Of a stretch of 64,000 nucleotides of DNA, positions 20,114-39,894 are shown piece by piece. The position numbers and the translations under genes were made by a program. Source of the stretch: Flaccisagitta enflata (taxonomy: Eukaryota); NCBI GenBank assembly GCA_965153355.1, contig OZ231126.1:38936001-39000000 (forward strand), in the 5' to 3' direction. The notes under the pieces are model-generated. The model was not told the origin of the DNA, ran no database searches, and saw only the letters and a list, made by a program, of their open reading frames with translations. Positions within the stretch are counted from its first letter, which is position 1; every line of letters starts with the position of its first letter.

Positions 20114-22838
20114 GCAGATCTCTACCCTCTTGATGTATATTGTAAAATATTGTTTTAAATTGTAGACGGGACCTTGTAATGAATTGAAAACAAAATTGAT
20201 CTTGATTCACCTACTGTTGCATGTTGTGTCTGCTGAGAAAATATCTGCCCAGATCACAACAAACAAGTGATGCGGGGTAACAATATAGTTGCGGACGGGT
20301 GGGCAGGGGCATCTAATCCCCATCCGCACCCCAACCCCCACCACACACTCAAAACGTATCTAAAGGATTTAGACATTTAAGGCATTCTAAAGCTTCATCG
20401 GTTTCATGAGAGAGAAATTTTTTTTGAAAATAGTTACTTTTATCCAATATGTCAAATACGGCCCACCCGTACGCATCTGGGGTAGCCGTGTATCCAGCCA
20501 AAATGTTTTCTAATTCTACCCTAACCAGGATTACTGTTTACTGTGATTTCGCTGCCAACAGCCGACGGCTGTCATATGAAAGTTGGACAACATTACTACT
20601 CAACCCCTACATTACTACTCAACCCCTACATTACTACTCAACCCCTATATGTAACATCAAACAGATAATCACTGGCATGAGGGGGGGGGGGGCAACATTT
20701 TTATACAGGGAAATTTCAGACAATAAGTCGTTTTGGAGCACTCAACTCGCCTTATCATATTTTTTGTTTATTTTCCTTTTTTAGAACAACATTTCTACTT
20801 AACCAAAAACTAGAATAAAGACTTCAATTGGCGTCCCATCCGTAAGGCAGTTGTTGTACGTCGCAGAAGTTGTACGCCCCTCCAACGACCAACCCTTCCT
20901 TCCCCGTCCTCAGACTCATTGTAACCCCGAGTTATAAGTAGATAGATTCAATATCTAAAACATTTATGAATCATGATTTGAATACGTTGCATTCGAAGCC
21001 AAACATGACAATGTTTTTCCCATTCGATTTGATTCGGAGAACCATTTAGCTGATTTGAAAAATATCTTGATAATTTAATTTGTTTCTGAATATAAGGAAA
21101 AATCTCATAAAAAAGATATTGTGACCATGCGCATGCTTCTGCATGACTAAGACAACACATGCTTCAGAATTAGGCAGAAAAACAAGCCGGCTACAAAATT
21201 TTTCTATGAATACTTCATTTGTAGAAATTTTCTAGAAAAACTATGTAATATCAAATGTGTAGCTCATATGGAATAAACTTAATAACTTGTAGCCATAATC
21301 AGTATTGCTTTTTTGTAAGTTACTAATTTTATTTCCCTTTTGGTCAGCTGCCCCAAAGGGGCCGATGACTTATGCATTCATATATATGGGAAATCTCTCC
21401 ACCTTCCCCTCCTTCATCCATCAACCCCTTTTGAGGCTCAAACCCTATACCCAATGCTGTAATCCTAGCCGCTACTAGCCTCGATGCTCTACTCCCAGCC
21501 AAGAGGGACAAATCCTAGCCTCAAGACAAAAATCCCAGCCTCCCAATTCTAGTCTCCAGGCTCAAATCCTAGCATTCATGCTCAAATATCAGTTAAGAAT
21601 AGGTCCTTTGGGGCTACTACCCCTCTCACTACGATGTCTTATCATACATTGCTTAAGGGGCGAGGGTTACCACTGACCATCTGGCGCTTTTGCGACTATT
21701 TCTTTCTTTTCTTTCATTTGATTTCTCTTCCAACAAGGCCCCCCACCTTCAATATCAGCTTGCTTGCATGTCTGCCATACCAAAGTTTTATGATCCATGC
21801 GCTTCACAAATCTTAAATTTGTAGCGCGTCTTTAGTCCAAGTCTGTTGGTTTGGAAATGTGAACAATTACGCAATAAAATAAAAATTCACTCATCCACTA
21901 AGCACGTTTTCAATCTAAAAAAAAGAATAAAATTCAATCATTTTTAGACGTGAGATAGCGATTAAGTTGCATGAAAGCAGCATTAAAATGGAAATCCAAT
22001 CTTAGATTGGCAATCTATATATAAATAGAAATTCATGCGAATCCGGTGATTCATTGGTTTGGTTCCATTACTTTACTTCCTTACAAAAAAAATGAAAGTA
22101 TTTTGGACATCTTGTGTCTCTACGGCTACGCTACCTCCCTAATTTAGCTCAGTGTAGCAAAATCAACGCAACATTGTAAATAGAATATTTCTACCTATGA
22201 AAGTGACTACCAATAAAGGTGGCTAATCGCCGAAGGAAAAAAGTCGTAAATGCTGAGAGAAAAAACGAGAGTTGCGGTCAGGTGGACAAGGGCATCCAAC
22301 CCCATCCACACCCCAACCTCAACCCCTACACACAAGCATCTAGACCCCTTGTATTTCCACTTTTCCACTTGGACGGACAAATGGACTAACAGACTGATGG
22401 ATAGACTGACGGACAAAGCCTCTCATAGAGTCCGAAGTTGAAATAAGAGAGACTGTACACAATTATCACCTGGGACATTTCAAAGTTCAATTAGACTTCA
22501 ACTAACTTGATTCCTCGTTTTTTGGGAAAAAAACAAAAAATGCGAAAAAATAAAAAAAGATTCAAAAAATCATAGCTCCAAAACTATCAATCGCACAAAA
22601 TTCTGGTGGGCGTCATCTGAAAGAGGAGAATCAGCTCTTTCTTAGCTATCAATTTAATGCGTAGTATCATTCGACCCAAAAACTTACCAACTTCCGCAAA
22701 CGACTCATGAGAAAAGGGGAAAATCGATTTCCGCTGTAGGTCTCAAAAAGCCGAAGGTATTCTTCGACTTTTTTCCAAATCATAGTATTTCTACCCTTTT
22801 ATAAATGGCAAATGTCACGATTCGCTAACAACGTAACA

Positions 22839-24113
22839 ATTCGCGCACACCCCTCTATATATTTCTGGTTGGTCCTGATTGCTTAATTATGACAGGAAAT
22901 TGTCAGGATTTGTGATTCTGGACTATTCTAACAAGCGTCCCCATGTCGTTTTCATAACATGATTGCAACGGTTACAAAGATTACAACGGTTACAACGGAT
23001 ACAACGGTTACAACAATTACACCATTGAAAGCTTGCAAGGCTTTCATCCTTTGTAAATTGGAGAATTCTGGCCTCCTTTTGTAAGGGCAATGTTGTTTCA
23101 ACTTTCATAAGTATCAGTACCTTGGTGGAGAATGCTGGCGGTCCCATATGGTTGTACCTCAATTCTTGCCTCTAAGGGTATGGTTTTCTAATCAATATTG
23201 CTAGTGTCAGTACTTCCACCAGTACATTAGTAATCTTTGATAGTTACTTTTGTAAGATATTTTGTGTATACTAAATGGTATAGGCCTGTCCGACCCTATA
23301 CTAAAGAGGTATGCAGTCAAGCTGATAGTTTTGTCAGGTAAGCATCCTATTTTGTTTGTCTTTGATAAAGGATAGTTGTGAGCAATCCGGAGTAAACACC
23401 ATTGAAAGTTTGCAAGGCTTTCATCCTTTGTAAATTGGAGAATTCTGGCCTCCTTTTGTAAGGGCAATGTTGTTTCAACTTTCATAAGTATCAGTACCTT
23501 GGTGGAGAATGCTGGCGGTCCCATATGGTTGTACCTCGATTCTTGCCTCTAAGGGTATGGTTTTCTAATCAATATTGCTAGTGTCAGTACTTCCACCCAG
23601 GGGCGTATTTGAGCCCAGATGATTGGGGCAGCAAGCCAAAATCTGTGTCCCAACGAGTCTTGTGTCCCAATGATTTTTCTATCACCTATATCTAGCTAAT
23701 TATGCAACTAATATTTCTAGTTGATATTGCTTTTTAATGTAAGTATTGTGTTATCACATAAAATTAAGTCTTGCTTTACTACAGAGTAAAATGTTTACTA
23801 TTCAAAGCATAAGCAAGACCAAGGATGACATTTTGTCATATGACGTGGAGCCTAATTATCATCAAAAGTTTTGTCACATTTGGATCATTGCCCTTTTCAT
23901 CTCTTGGGGTGAAATGGAATTGTTTTCAATCGGACATTCTTAAAGAAAATTTCAATTTTTTGGTGAAAATTAGGAAATGAGAAATGGTTGATGAAAAAGG
24001 TGGTGAGCATTGACCAAGACAACTAAATGAATGGCGGAAGGGGTGAATATGCTCTGTCTGTAGATTGACCCCATAAAACCCCATTGTATTACAGAGCTCT
24101 GGAAACATTTCAA

Positions 24114-24156
<43 letters not shown>

Positions 24157-24528
24157 GTGTCCCGATGGGGTTTGTGCCCCAACAAAAAGGGTAGCAGCTG
24201 CTGCCCCTGACGCCCCATCAAATACGCCCCTGCTTCCACCAGTACATTAGTAATCTTTGATAGTTACTTTTGTATGATATTTTGTGTATAATAAATGGTA
24301 TAGGCCTGTCCAACCCTATACTAATGAGGTATGCAGTCAAGCTGATAGTTTTGTCAGGTAAGCATCCTATTTTGTTTGTCTTTGATAAAGGATAGTTGTG
24401 AGCAATCCGGAGTAAACACCATTGAAAGCTTGCAAGGCTTTCATCCTTTGTAAATTGGAGAATTCTGGCCTCCTTATGTAAGGGCAATGTTGTTTCAACT
24501 TTCATAGAACGAACGGGTGTGCGCGAAT
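22839..24528. mobile_element. Element bounded by 14-bp inverted repeats, carrying a 9-bp microrepeat and a 377-bp tandem repeat (~2.3 units)
   Basis: ATTCGCGCACACCC (22839) and GGGTGTGCGCGAAT (24515); unit starts at 23020, 23397 and 24417, the last shifted by a MITE insertion. Confidence 0.6.
23598..24232. mobile_element. 635-bp hAT-type MITE
   Basis: TIRs CAGGGGCGTATTTGA / TCAAATACGCCCCTG; perfect 8-bp TSD CTTCCACC; the empty site is visible in the neighbouring 377-bp unit. Confidence 0.92.
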
Positions 24529-25199
24529 CAATATGCTAGGTTTGGATGCTATGGAAACGAAACATTAGCCAAAAAGATGTCAATAATGTCAGTTCAGAGT
24601 AACATTTCTTTTCTATTTTCTGTTTCCTTAATTGCCTTTGCCTGTATCCTAATAGTCAGTGGATGGTTGGTCCGTCGGTTCGAAAGACCGTTATGACTTA
24701 TGTCTCTCCTGAAAGTGCGGTTTCCAGCGCTTTTCGACCGCGACCATCGGTCAGGGCGTTTCATTACGTTCTTCCGTCCATTGGTCCGTCCATGGGCCCG
24801 TCCGTCGGTCCGTGATGATCGAGTCGGAAATAGTGAAAACTTGCATTTGAAATGCCGCGCGCGGTTTTGGAGAATGGAAGGGGTACCCCGGGTGTGGAGG
24901 GGTGGTTGCAAGCCCTTGCGCATCTATCCGCCAGGATAAAACCATTAGAGCTCGACTATAGAGACTCGCCTTGAACATCACCATCCACTTTAGTTTCATC
25001 TAACGGAGTCAAGAGATCCGCTGGACTGTTTGTGACATTAAACCGAATTGGACATCCATCGTCTTGCAGTCTTGCACGATCCAGCATCATGACTCCCACA
25101 ATTCGAATCGGAGAAAATTTTCAACAACGTCTTTGTAAACAAGGCCAACACCTATAAGTCGCGTGCGAGACTTAATAATTACTTAATTACATAACCACA

Positions 25200-25605
25200 T
25201 AACTAAAATGACTTTCATTGAATTAAATTGATATAAGATGATTTATAATGATTTAGAATGTCTTAAAATGACCTGAAATGACTTAAAATGTCCTATATTG
25301 ACTTGAATTGACCTAAAATGTCTAAAATGACCCAGTGACTAAAATGACTTAAATTGACTTAAATTGACTTAAAATGACTTAAAATGACTTTAAATGACTC
25401 TAAATGACTTTAAATGACTTAAATTGACCTAGAATGACTTAAATTGAACTTAACTGACTTAAATTGACCTAAAATCACTAAAATGCTGAAAACTATTAAA
25501 ATAACTCAAATGACTTAAATTGACCTAAACTGACTTTAAATGACCCAAAATGACTTAAACTGATCTAATTTGACTTTAAATGACCTAATTTACTTAAAAT
25601 GAGTT
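25200..25605. repeat. Degenerate 10-bp AT-rich array (AAATGACTTA)n
   Basis: Read directly; lies next to family A-type ends. Confidence 0.8.
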
Positions 25606-26375
25606 AGTAGGAATAAAACGGATAAAAAAAGTAAAGTGTGACCAACCGACCGACCAACCGACCAACCGACCGACCGACGGACAAAGCGGGGTGTAGAGTC
25701 GCGTAGCACGCGACTAACAAACAGCACCGAGAAGCAACTTACAATCGCTAGGTACCGACAGGAACCACCTTACGTGTGGAAACTTGTTAGTCGCGTGCAC
25801 GTGACTCTATGACCCGCTCTGTCCGTCTGTCGGTTGGTTGGTCCGTCCGTCCATCAGTCACGCTTAACCTTTTTTTGACGTTTTACGTCATTTTAAGTCA
25901 TTTTGAATTATTCAAAGTCATTTAAAGTAATTCTTAGTCATAATAAGTCATTTTTGTCTTTTAGTCTTTTAGTCTTTTAGTCTCTTATTCGTTTTGTCAT
26001 TTAGGTATTTAGTCTTTTAGTCTTTTAGTCTCTTATTTGTTTCGTCATTTAGTTATTTGGTCTTTTGGTCTTTTGGTCTTTTAGTCTTAACAACCGCACG
26101 CGACTGTAAGGTGTTGGCCTTGTTTTTTGTTGTCCTCATTTTTTTTAACACTTTTTTTTTATTTTCGAAAGTGGGGAGATTAGTGTGCAGAAATCTATAA
26201 CTTTCTGAGGATGATTCACTCAGGTAAGGAAATAATGTGAGGGAGAAAAGCATTCAACAACAGTAATGGGTCGGACACGTTGTCGAAGACGAGGAACGCG
26301 AACGCGAACGCGAGGAAAGGTACATTCTAATTGAATTGATGCAATTATGATTACATTCTCGATCCTTTGATCCAG

Positions 26376-26447
26376 CGGGGAACGTATTTTGGATCGGCCT
26401 CGAGATCACTTGGTCGCAAGGAAAATCAGCGGGGGACGATTCCGACG
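26376..26447 (+). other. Possible small exon with the C-type lectin WIGL motif
   Basis: tccag|..GNVFWIGLEITWSQGKSAGDDSD|gtattt; not linked convincingly to other exons. Confidence 0.25.
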
Positions 26448-26847
26448 GTATTTATCAACAAATCAATGAATCCCATGATAAATTTCCGCTCTTACGTTCG
26501 CGGCTAGATCGGGATTATTTCGGTCGGGGTAATGAGTAAAGTATATACTTAAGAATTGCCTAATAAGACATATATAAAAAGACAGTTGTTTGAAACGCCG
26601 CCGCGGGCTGCACCTCAACGCATATCCAGGCCAAGTAACACTCCTGAAAGGTGACATCAACATGTCATGTAGTGTACAATAGAGGCGGCTTATCGCCGAC
26701 CGAAAAAAAGTCGTAAATGGGAGGTTTTTTTTCGGTGCATGTTTTTCTGTGTGTGCATCTCATAATGTCTGGTTGATTGCTTGTCTGTTTTTGTTATTCA
26801 ATCTCTGTCTCTCTGTGTCTCTTTTTCCTTTCGGTCTTTACTCTCTC

Positions 26848-26909
<62 letters not shown>

Positions 26910-27061
26910 TCTCTGTCTCTCTCACTGTCTCTCTATCTGTCTCTCTGTCTCTGTCTCTGTCTCTCTATATCTCTTTGTCTCTCTCTATCTTTGCCTCTGT
27001 CTCTCTTTTTGTCTCTCTCTCTGTCTCTCTCTCTGTATCTCTGTCTCTCTCTCTGTCTCTC

Positions 27062-27167
<106 letters not shown>

Positions 27168-28480
27168 CTTCAGACTGTTTGGGTGATTTTCAAACATCAA
27201 ATTATTTTTCTATGATTTGGTAGCATGAACAGAACCAGACATACAGATTGTGGAGAAACGGGAAGCGCCGCTTCTTGGAAACGGAGTGACAGAGTTGGAA
27301 GATCTAGCACTCTGACATTACAGTCAGTGGCGCCCCTACAGTCGGACACCAATGGCAGTCGGACACAGATGGCAGTCTGATACAATTGTTCAAAAAAAAA
27401 AAAAAAAAAAGAAAAAAAGAAAAAAGGAAGGGAAAAGAGACTGAAAAAAAAAAGGGGACTGAAAAAAATGTTTTACGGGAAAAGAAAGGGAAAAAAAAGA
27501 AAGAAAGAAAGATACAAAAAAAGAACAACAGAAAGAAAGAAAAAAAAAAGACAAGAAAAAAAGAAAGAGAGAAAGAGAAAAGGAAGGAATGGGAGAGGAA
27601 AGAAAGTAAGGTCGTTCTGTCCCGTTGACCTTGAGAAAATGTGCCGGCACCAGAGTCACTGTAGTTACAAAACCAGTCTGAAATAGATGCCAAAAAACTC
27701 AATAAAATGAGTGGAAATGAATGTTATGAAAAAGATTCCCCTCAGGGAAATATGATCAGGGGAGGCACGCAGTCTAAGATCAGTAAATCAGTTAAATTAT
27801 CAAAACATATTTAAGTAAAAAAAATTTTTTTTTTTTCGAATTTTATAATTCAATAATTTCTCATTCATAGATTCTTTGCATCTTTTAGAATTTTTCAACT
27901 TTTGATATTTTTTTTTTAGTAAATATATTTTTATTTGATAATTCTTTTTTTGTATGATAAAACTCTTTATCATCTTCAAGACATTTTTTTTATTCTTTTT
28001 ATCCTAGCAATTTTTTTCTTATTTCATAAACTTTTTTTTCCAAAATTCTTTTTTATTAAAAACATCAAGTGATATCTCAACTGTGTTTTGTCTCGGTATT
28101 GATACCTGCACCCCTCCCCTGCAACGATTAAACTGCATGTTATTCACTCAATTTTTGACTGTTATGTGAAAAATAGCAATTATATTAGAGGGGTAAAAGC
28201 CTAATTTACATAATTGAATTTTTCCGGATTTTTCTTTTGGATTGGTCAGTACTTGATACGAGAAGACAAACGAGACCAATAATAACCTATCTAGCTCGTT
28301 TTTTTCTATGCTAAATCAACCCTGAAAAATGCTAATTGTCAGTTTTTTTCTGCGAGCATTGCTATTTGTTCAATAATGTCAGATATAGTGATAAAAATTG
28401 ATATTATTAATCACAAAAACATTTTCCAACATTCAAAAGAACATTGTTGACAATCAGAAGCCCGATGGCTAAAAAATAGT

Positions 28481-33677
<5,197 letters not shown>

Positions 33678-35963
33678 TTTTAAAGCGTCTAACGCTACGG
33701 TTCTAACTCTAATGCGTTGAGGTAGCGCGGAATTCTACATATTATTATTGTAAATACATACCCCACTAAAAACGGCGCCGCCATGCGGCGCTTCACTCTA
33801 GAATAATTCTGAAAACTGATCTGGAATCCTGACACAACGGCGCACCTGGCAGATGCCGTGCAAATCGCGGCAGAGTAGAATTAAAGCTGCTGGAACGCTT
33901 TAAAAAATGTTTTTTTTTGCTGTAAGAATATTACGGATTATTGTCGCAAAAAAAATACACTCCTTCATCCGGAAGGTAGTTTGACATCTATTTTGAACAA
34001 AATTTGACCTAATTTAACTAAATATAGTACTCAAGGGTGTATAATATGACGTGGATAAATTCCTTGAAGCTGATCTACCGCCTCATTTTCCCCGTTCTTT
34101 TAATGCTCGTTAGTAAAACTTAAAAATAGTCAATTTTCAATATTTTTTATACTGTCTGAACTGTCATTATGTTATCTAGATTCCTATCAAAAAATCAGAT
34201 TTGAAATTCTGCATCTAACGAACCTAAAATCACTGAAAACCAACAACGTTATCCCTAATAAACAGACCGTTGAAATCAAGACGGACACAGATTGGGGCCT
34301 GACGCCCCTGCCTATTTTCCTGTCCTACGCCGCTGATTACAAAAAATGAAATAAATGATATTTTGTTTTTGAAGAGCACTTAAACACATGTTACAAATCA
34401 TTACTTGATTGGGTAATCTTTAAATTCGATATTTTTTTCCACAATTTACCATTTTAAGATTCATTTTATAAAAATTGTCTTGATTTTGCCATAATTCCAC
34501 TATTTCAAACTGCATTCTGCTTGTCGGAAGCTTGCAAAAAAAATTTCTTGCTTCCCGGAAGCTTGGAAGAATATTTACATCTGAACAGAACATGAAAATC
34601 ATGGTGGTGATTTCATCATTTGGCTTATCTTTTTTTTTCTTTTCTCTCTTTCTCTCTTTTTCTCTTTTCTTTCTTACTTTCTTTCTTTCCTTCTTTTTTT
34701 CTTTCACTCTTTTTTTTCTTTCTTTTTTGTTTTTTTTTGGGGGGGTTTATCATCTCTCAATATTTTTTTCTTCATTCTCTCAATTATTCATTCATCTTTA
34801 GCCGCGTGCTATGCAACTCAATACCGTGCTTTGTTGGTCCATGGGTCCGTTGGTTGGTTGTTCGTTTGGTTGGTCAGTCTGTTGGTCCCCTGTTGGGCAG
34901 CGGCCCCAAAGGGGCCGATGACCTATGCTTTCACATATGCCAAAATTTCTCCTTCTCTTTCTCCTTTTCCTATGTCCCCCAATCAAGGCCTGAATTTTAA
35001 TGTCGAGGCTCATATCCCATTCTGAGGCTCACATCCCAGTCTCAAAGCTCAAATCCCAGCCTCAAGGCCCAAGTCCCAGCTTCAAGGCTCATATCATACA
35101 CCTCAAAGCCTTGAACCCAAATCAAAGCCTTGAATCTAAATCCCAGCCTATAAGCCAATATTCCAACTTTCACCTCTAAACTTCAGCCTTTTGGCTCAAA
35201 TCCTATACCCCAAGACTTGCATACCAGTGTTAAGTATAGGTGATTGGGTCCTTTGGGGGCTTGCTGACTAATATAAAGCCTTGACACCCATACCCCAGCC
35301 CAAAGGTTAAAATCACAAACTTACTAGAACAGCATAAGTCATCACACATCCACATACACTCACATAGGGGTACCGCAGACCATCTTACTCTTTTGCGACT
35401 ATTTACTTTTTTGGCTTTTTAGTTGCGGGCACACAACTCTGTAAGATGCTTTGTCCGTCTGTCTGTCCATTCATCCATCCATCTGTCCATCCTTCTGTCC
35501 ATCTGTCCATCCTTCTGTCCATCTGTCCATCTGTCATTCCGTCCATCCTTCCGTGGTGATCAAGTAGAAAAGTGGAAAAATGAGCGTGCAGAGAAAATGA
35601 GAGATGCAGAAATAAAGCATAATACTATGTCATGTCAAATCATTAAGAAATTTTGTTTCTAGAAAGTAGGTGATTTTGACAGTACAAAACTGTGATGTTA
35701 TCATAGAAAGGCTAGGAGAGCCCTCTCCAAGCCACTCCAAATTACTCTAGCTCCAACTGGCTTAAGTATGATTTTGAATATGAATGAGTGATGTGATATC
35801 ACAGCTGTAATATCATGGTGATATTTTATGGGCGGAATCACTGCCGCTTTGTTTCAAAAAGTCGAATTACGTAATTCGACTTTTTTCCAATAAGGAACGA
35901 AGGACGCTAAATTCACAGCATCTGTCGCAGTCTTCAACCACAATATCTTTCACATTTTTTCAG

Positions 35964-36663
35964 TTACATTGGCCAAACAGCAACAACAGCAACGTAAAGT
36001 CCAAATGTTTCACTTTAAAGTTGGGGACAAGACGTTCGTTTTCGTTTACACCGTGCCCGGCTTATCCAGCGACCAGGCGAGAGACTGGTGTCAAGGGTTA
36101 AGCGACATGGTCGGTTTTAACGACCGAGGATTTCCATCTTATCTTCGCGGGGACTTGCCCTCATCCAACGAGACATTGACGAAGATGGGGGAGGTCTTAA
36201 GCAAGAACGCCAACCACACAGATCAAGATCGAGATCGTTTCGTGAAATATTGGAATAAAGGGAAAAGGTATGATTTATGTTCCGTGTATACATGTAACAA
36301 AACGATATATGGATATACAGGGCGTTGGGCTTTGAAATTCTACCCCCGATTCGCGGGAGCAGTAACCAAAACTGATTTATAAAAATGTTTCAATTTCAAA
36401 GGGCGTACGAACTCGATGAGTTCAGGTATACACTAATGTACATCGAACGCTTTGACGTCCGCGAGAATCGGTTCGTTGATAAATTGTTGGTGAGTCCGCA
36501 AGAAGCGAAACCTGGGAACGAAGCCGGGAACAAAGCCGGAAAATGCGTCTACTCCAAGTCTACTGTATATGCATATGAGAAAATCGAAATCACAGCTTGC
36601 GAGTCTCAGAATAAGATATTCGTTTGTCAAATGGAATTGAAAAAAAAAAATCCTAAGACGTAG
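35964..36663 (+). CDS. C-type lectin-like domain protein, last two exons (35964-36267, 36402-36663); first exon not found
   Basis: SDQARDWCQ helix, GDLPS, YWNKG, then C..C......FVCQ; phase-2 GT-AG junction is compatible. Confidence 0.65.
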
Positions 36664-36717
36664 TAAAAAGGGTTTTTTTTTGGTACCCTGATCATCGTAA
36701 CTTAAGGTTATGAGATA

Positions 36718-37129
36718 CTATGCGAATCAAAAAAAAAAGACGCACCTTTTTTTTTACTGATAAAACTGACTTAAAAAGTATCAAAAAAATTTTACAGAGA
36801 AAATGATTTTGAAGATTTTCAAATTATCTTTCATTCTAGACCAATCCCAGATCTGTATCTTTAACGGTTTAGGAGCTAGAGCTCTTTAAAGTGAGACACC
36901 ATTTTACTGAATTGCATCTTTTTCAAAGGGACGGCAATAACATATTTGGCAACATTTTTACTCAAACTAATGCCATTTCTAAACAAAAAAAGATAGAGAT
37001 TCCAGATTGGCGCCAAATGAAAGAGTTTTTCAAGGGCTTCAAAATGGTCTAAGATTTTAGTTAGTTTTTTGAATTTTCATAGGCGCAATCAACCATTCAA
37101 AAGTGCGTCTTTTTTTTAAATTCATATAG
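36718..37129. mobile_element. TA-flanked MITE
   Basis: TA|CTATGCGAATCAAAAAAAAAAGACGCAC ... GTGCGTCTTTTTTTTAAATTCATATAG|TA. Confidence 0.75.
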
Positions 37130-37636
37130 TAGTCCTAACAGGAAAGGAATCTAGTCATTGAAATACAGATTTTCATTTGTCAAGATTTTCAAGATTAAAT
37201 ACATCAACTTGTGCTGACTGTATTCGAATTACATAGCCGTACCCAAACAATTGGGGATTGAAAAAAAACTTTGCATTTACACAATTGGGGATTTTGGGAA
37301 ATGAGGGACTCGAACATTAGGGAATTTAAAGAAGTTCCTGCAAACTTGACATAGTCCGATGCCATTCAAATAAAAAATGAAAAATGACAGATCAAAAGTG
37401 AAAATTGCTGTTTCATTGAACCTGCGCATAAATTTCTGAATACATCCTGGCTCTTGTCTCTCTCACACGTTATGTCTATCTCTTGCTGGGTGATGATAGC
37501 TAGCAAAATGAACTTGTAACCGTAGTAAACGAAAGCCAAAGCTACTTGTATCTAAGATTATGATGGGAAACAGTACCTGTAAATGCCGTTGCTATCGTGT
37601 ACCGGTCGTCCTTTGTTGAATAACGCGTGGAATATA

Positions 37637-39216
37637 ACCATGTGCAAAAAATAAATCGTACATTGCTTATTTCAGCCATAACTTGGTGCTGCTTTTGAGA
37701 AAGTAAGTAAAATCCATAACCATCTTAAAGAGCTTCGAAAAATTTTTGATTTGAGTCGTTGAACGAAATTCTAATTGGAAAACTGTGAAAGTTAATCTAC
37801 AGGGTGTTTCACGCGTTTTGAGATATAAAGAATCAACATAACTTTTCTCCTAGAAAAGCTACTCCAATTCTGAAAAAAGGTCTGAACAGATCTTGAAGTG
37901 CAGTTTTTTTATGTCACCAATTTTTTGTATTTGCGCTTTTTACCTTGGGAGCTACGGGAGTTTAAAGTAAACAACATTATCCAGTTAATTAAACATGGTA
38001 AAGAAAAAAATGGACAACTTATTTTACTAGTTTCTGGTCAACTTTTGGCTTGAACTACAGAAAATCCATGACTGTTTAAAAGCCCTGTAAAAAATTTTCA
38101 AAACGAGACGTTGCTGGACATTGTAGCGTCATTCATTTAGAAATGGCAAAAGATTGAAGAAAAAAATCACAGATTAAAAAAAATGCTCATTTCAATTTTT
38201 TTCCATCGAGAAATTTTGCTCTTTGCTCTTTGTCAATTACGTAACTCAGGATTGTCTTAGCTACTCGATATCCATGAGCCAATTAAAGAGGTATGAATTT
38301 TCTCTAAAATGGAGCCAAGAACCAATTTCTAACTTAATTCGTTTAATTCCTATGTTACAATAAAGATAGCCCATGAAAATCAGGTGGTACTGACTTTCCT
38401 AATTCTTGACCACCTGTCTTCATTCCTCTGCCAAATCTAAACGGATAGAGATATGACAACCAGCAAGGTCTCATTAAAAAGATCTTTCGCAGAGCTTCAA
38501 AATGGTCATGGATTTTGCTATGTTTTTCTTATTGCTTGGATGTGAAACACTAACAAACAAGTAGTTTGCTTTTTTTTTTGCCATAGTTATCCAGATTAAA
38601 GATGCAGGCTGGATATGGTTGTTTTTTTCAAACTTACATAGTGGGCATATTTAAAAGCGCAGGTATAAAAAATTGGTGACATAAAAAAACTGCACTTCAA
38701 GATCTATTCAAACCTTTTTTCAGAATTGGAATAGCTTTTCTAGGAGAAAAGTTATGTCGATTCTTTAAACCTCAAAACGCGTGAAACACCCTGTAGTTTG
38801 AAAAAAAAGTGTCAAATTGAAATCTGCCAGATACGATGTCTTTTTACTAACTTGAATTCATGAACTAAGTCTAAACGGATTGACGTAAAAAGGTCTGCTT
38901 GGTGCCATTTTGTAGATTATAAATTATATTTTCATTTTCTCATAAATTTTTCATAGTTTCCTTTTGTCAGATATGTTTTACAAGCTTATAAAGACAGAAC
39001 TAAAATCCCAGAATCCCTTCAATTGACAGATTATGGTAAAGCTCACTTCAAACTGTCGCCATTTCTAAACGAATTGAGCTACAACTTTCTGCTTGGTCTA
39101 GATTTGAAGAACTTTCGAATATCTTTCAAACGGTCACTGATTTTCTATATTTTCATTGAAAGCAAGCCGATCAAAAGCAGCAAAAACCGCCATGTACGTT
39201 TTTTTTTGCCCATGGT
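37637..39216. mobile_element. TA-flanked TIR element hosting a nested insertion
   Basis: TA|ACCATGTGCAAAAAATAAATCGTACAT ... ATGTACGT(T)nGCCCATGGT|TA. Confidence 0.7.
37800..38793. mobile_element. 994-bp Tc1/mariner-type non-autonomous element with ~130-bp TIRs
   Basis: TA|CAGGGTGTTTCACGCGTTTTGAG ... CTCAAAACGCGTGAAACACCCTG|TA; termini resemble the 17884 element. Confidence 0.9.
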
Positions 39217-39861
39217 TAACACCGATGGAATACATATCGCTGAAAACAAGAGGAAGATGTTGGGTTTTATTAGTCCATTATTTAATGGGCCTACTCAATT
39301 GAAAAAGCGATAATCAACTCTATCTCTAGGAACGTGTTGATGTGAAGGTAAAGATATCCCGTTGGACTTTTTGAAAGTCATCAGAGGAAAAAATTACATG
39401 CTAGGCAGGCATAAAAAAAAGCCTGATTGTCTTGAGCGCGCGATGCTTTCAATCAATGTTCCAGTCAGTCAATTCTGAGGTTACTACTGCGTTCCCGCGC
39501 GGCGCGCGCGACGATAGTCCATAGGCTTCGACTAGTGGTCACTGGAAAGCGCATCGACAAGTACAGCGTGCGGTTCTTTTTGGTCGTTGACTAAGCGACT
39601 CTTGAAGAGGCTGTGTTCGACCCATGGAAGGAAGGAAGGTCGGTAACATACTGCCCCTGCCCACTCGCCAGCGTCTACTTACTGGCCGTGTGTCTGGCCT
39701 TGTTATATAGAAATAGAGAAACATCTCCAAACTTAATCAGAGGCACTCAACCGCGCACACGTGTTCAATTCTAACCGGCAAACGAATTCCTCCTTCAGAA
39801 CTGATGAACAGATCAATAGATCTTCACTAGATTCCCACATGCCTCCTTAGTCGCTTCTTTT

Positions 39862-39894
39862 GTCTCTTCTGGCGACACTCTGTCTGCCCGGAAA
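39862..39894 (+). promoter_or_regulatory. Putative BMP-responsive Smad element, copy 3
   Basis: Identical 25-bp core; motif at 39871-39886; flanks are homologous to 10280-10590. Confidence 0.65.

Noticed and set aside
22923-24505. Repeated ORFs MKVETTLPLQKEAR...
   Set aside because: They come from a 377-bp tandem unit that is not a multiple of three, and show no recognisable domain.
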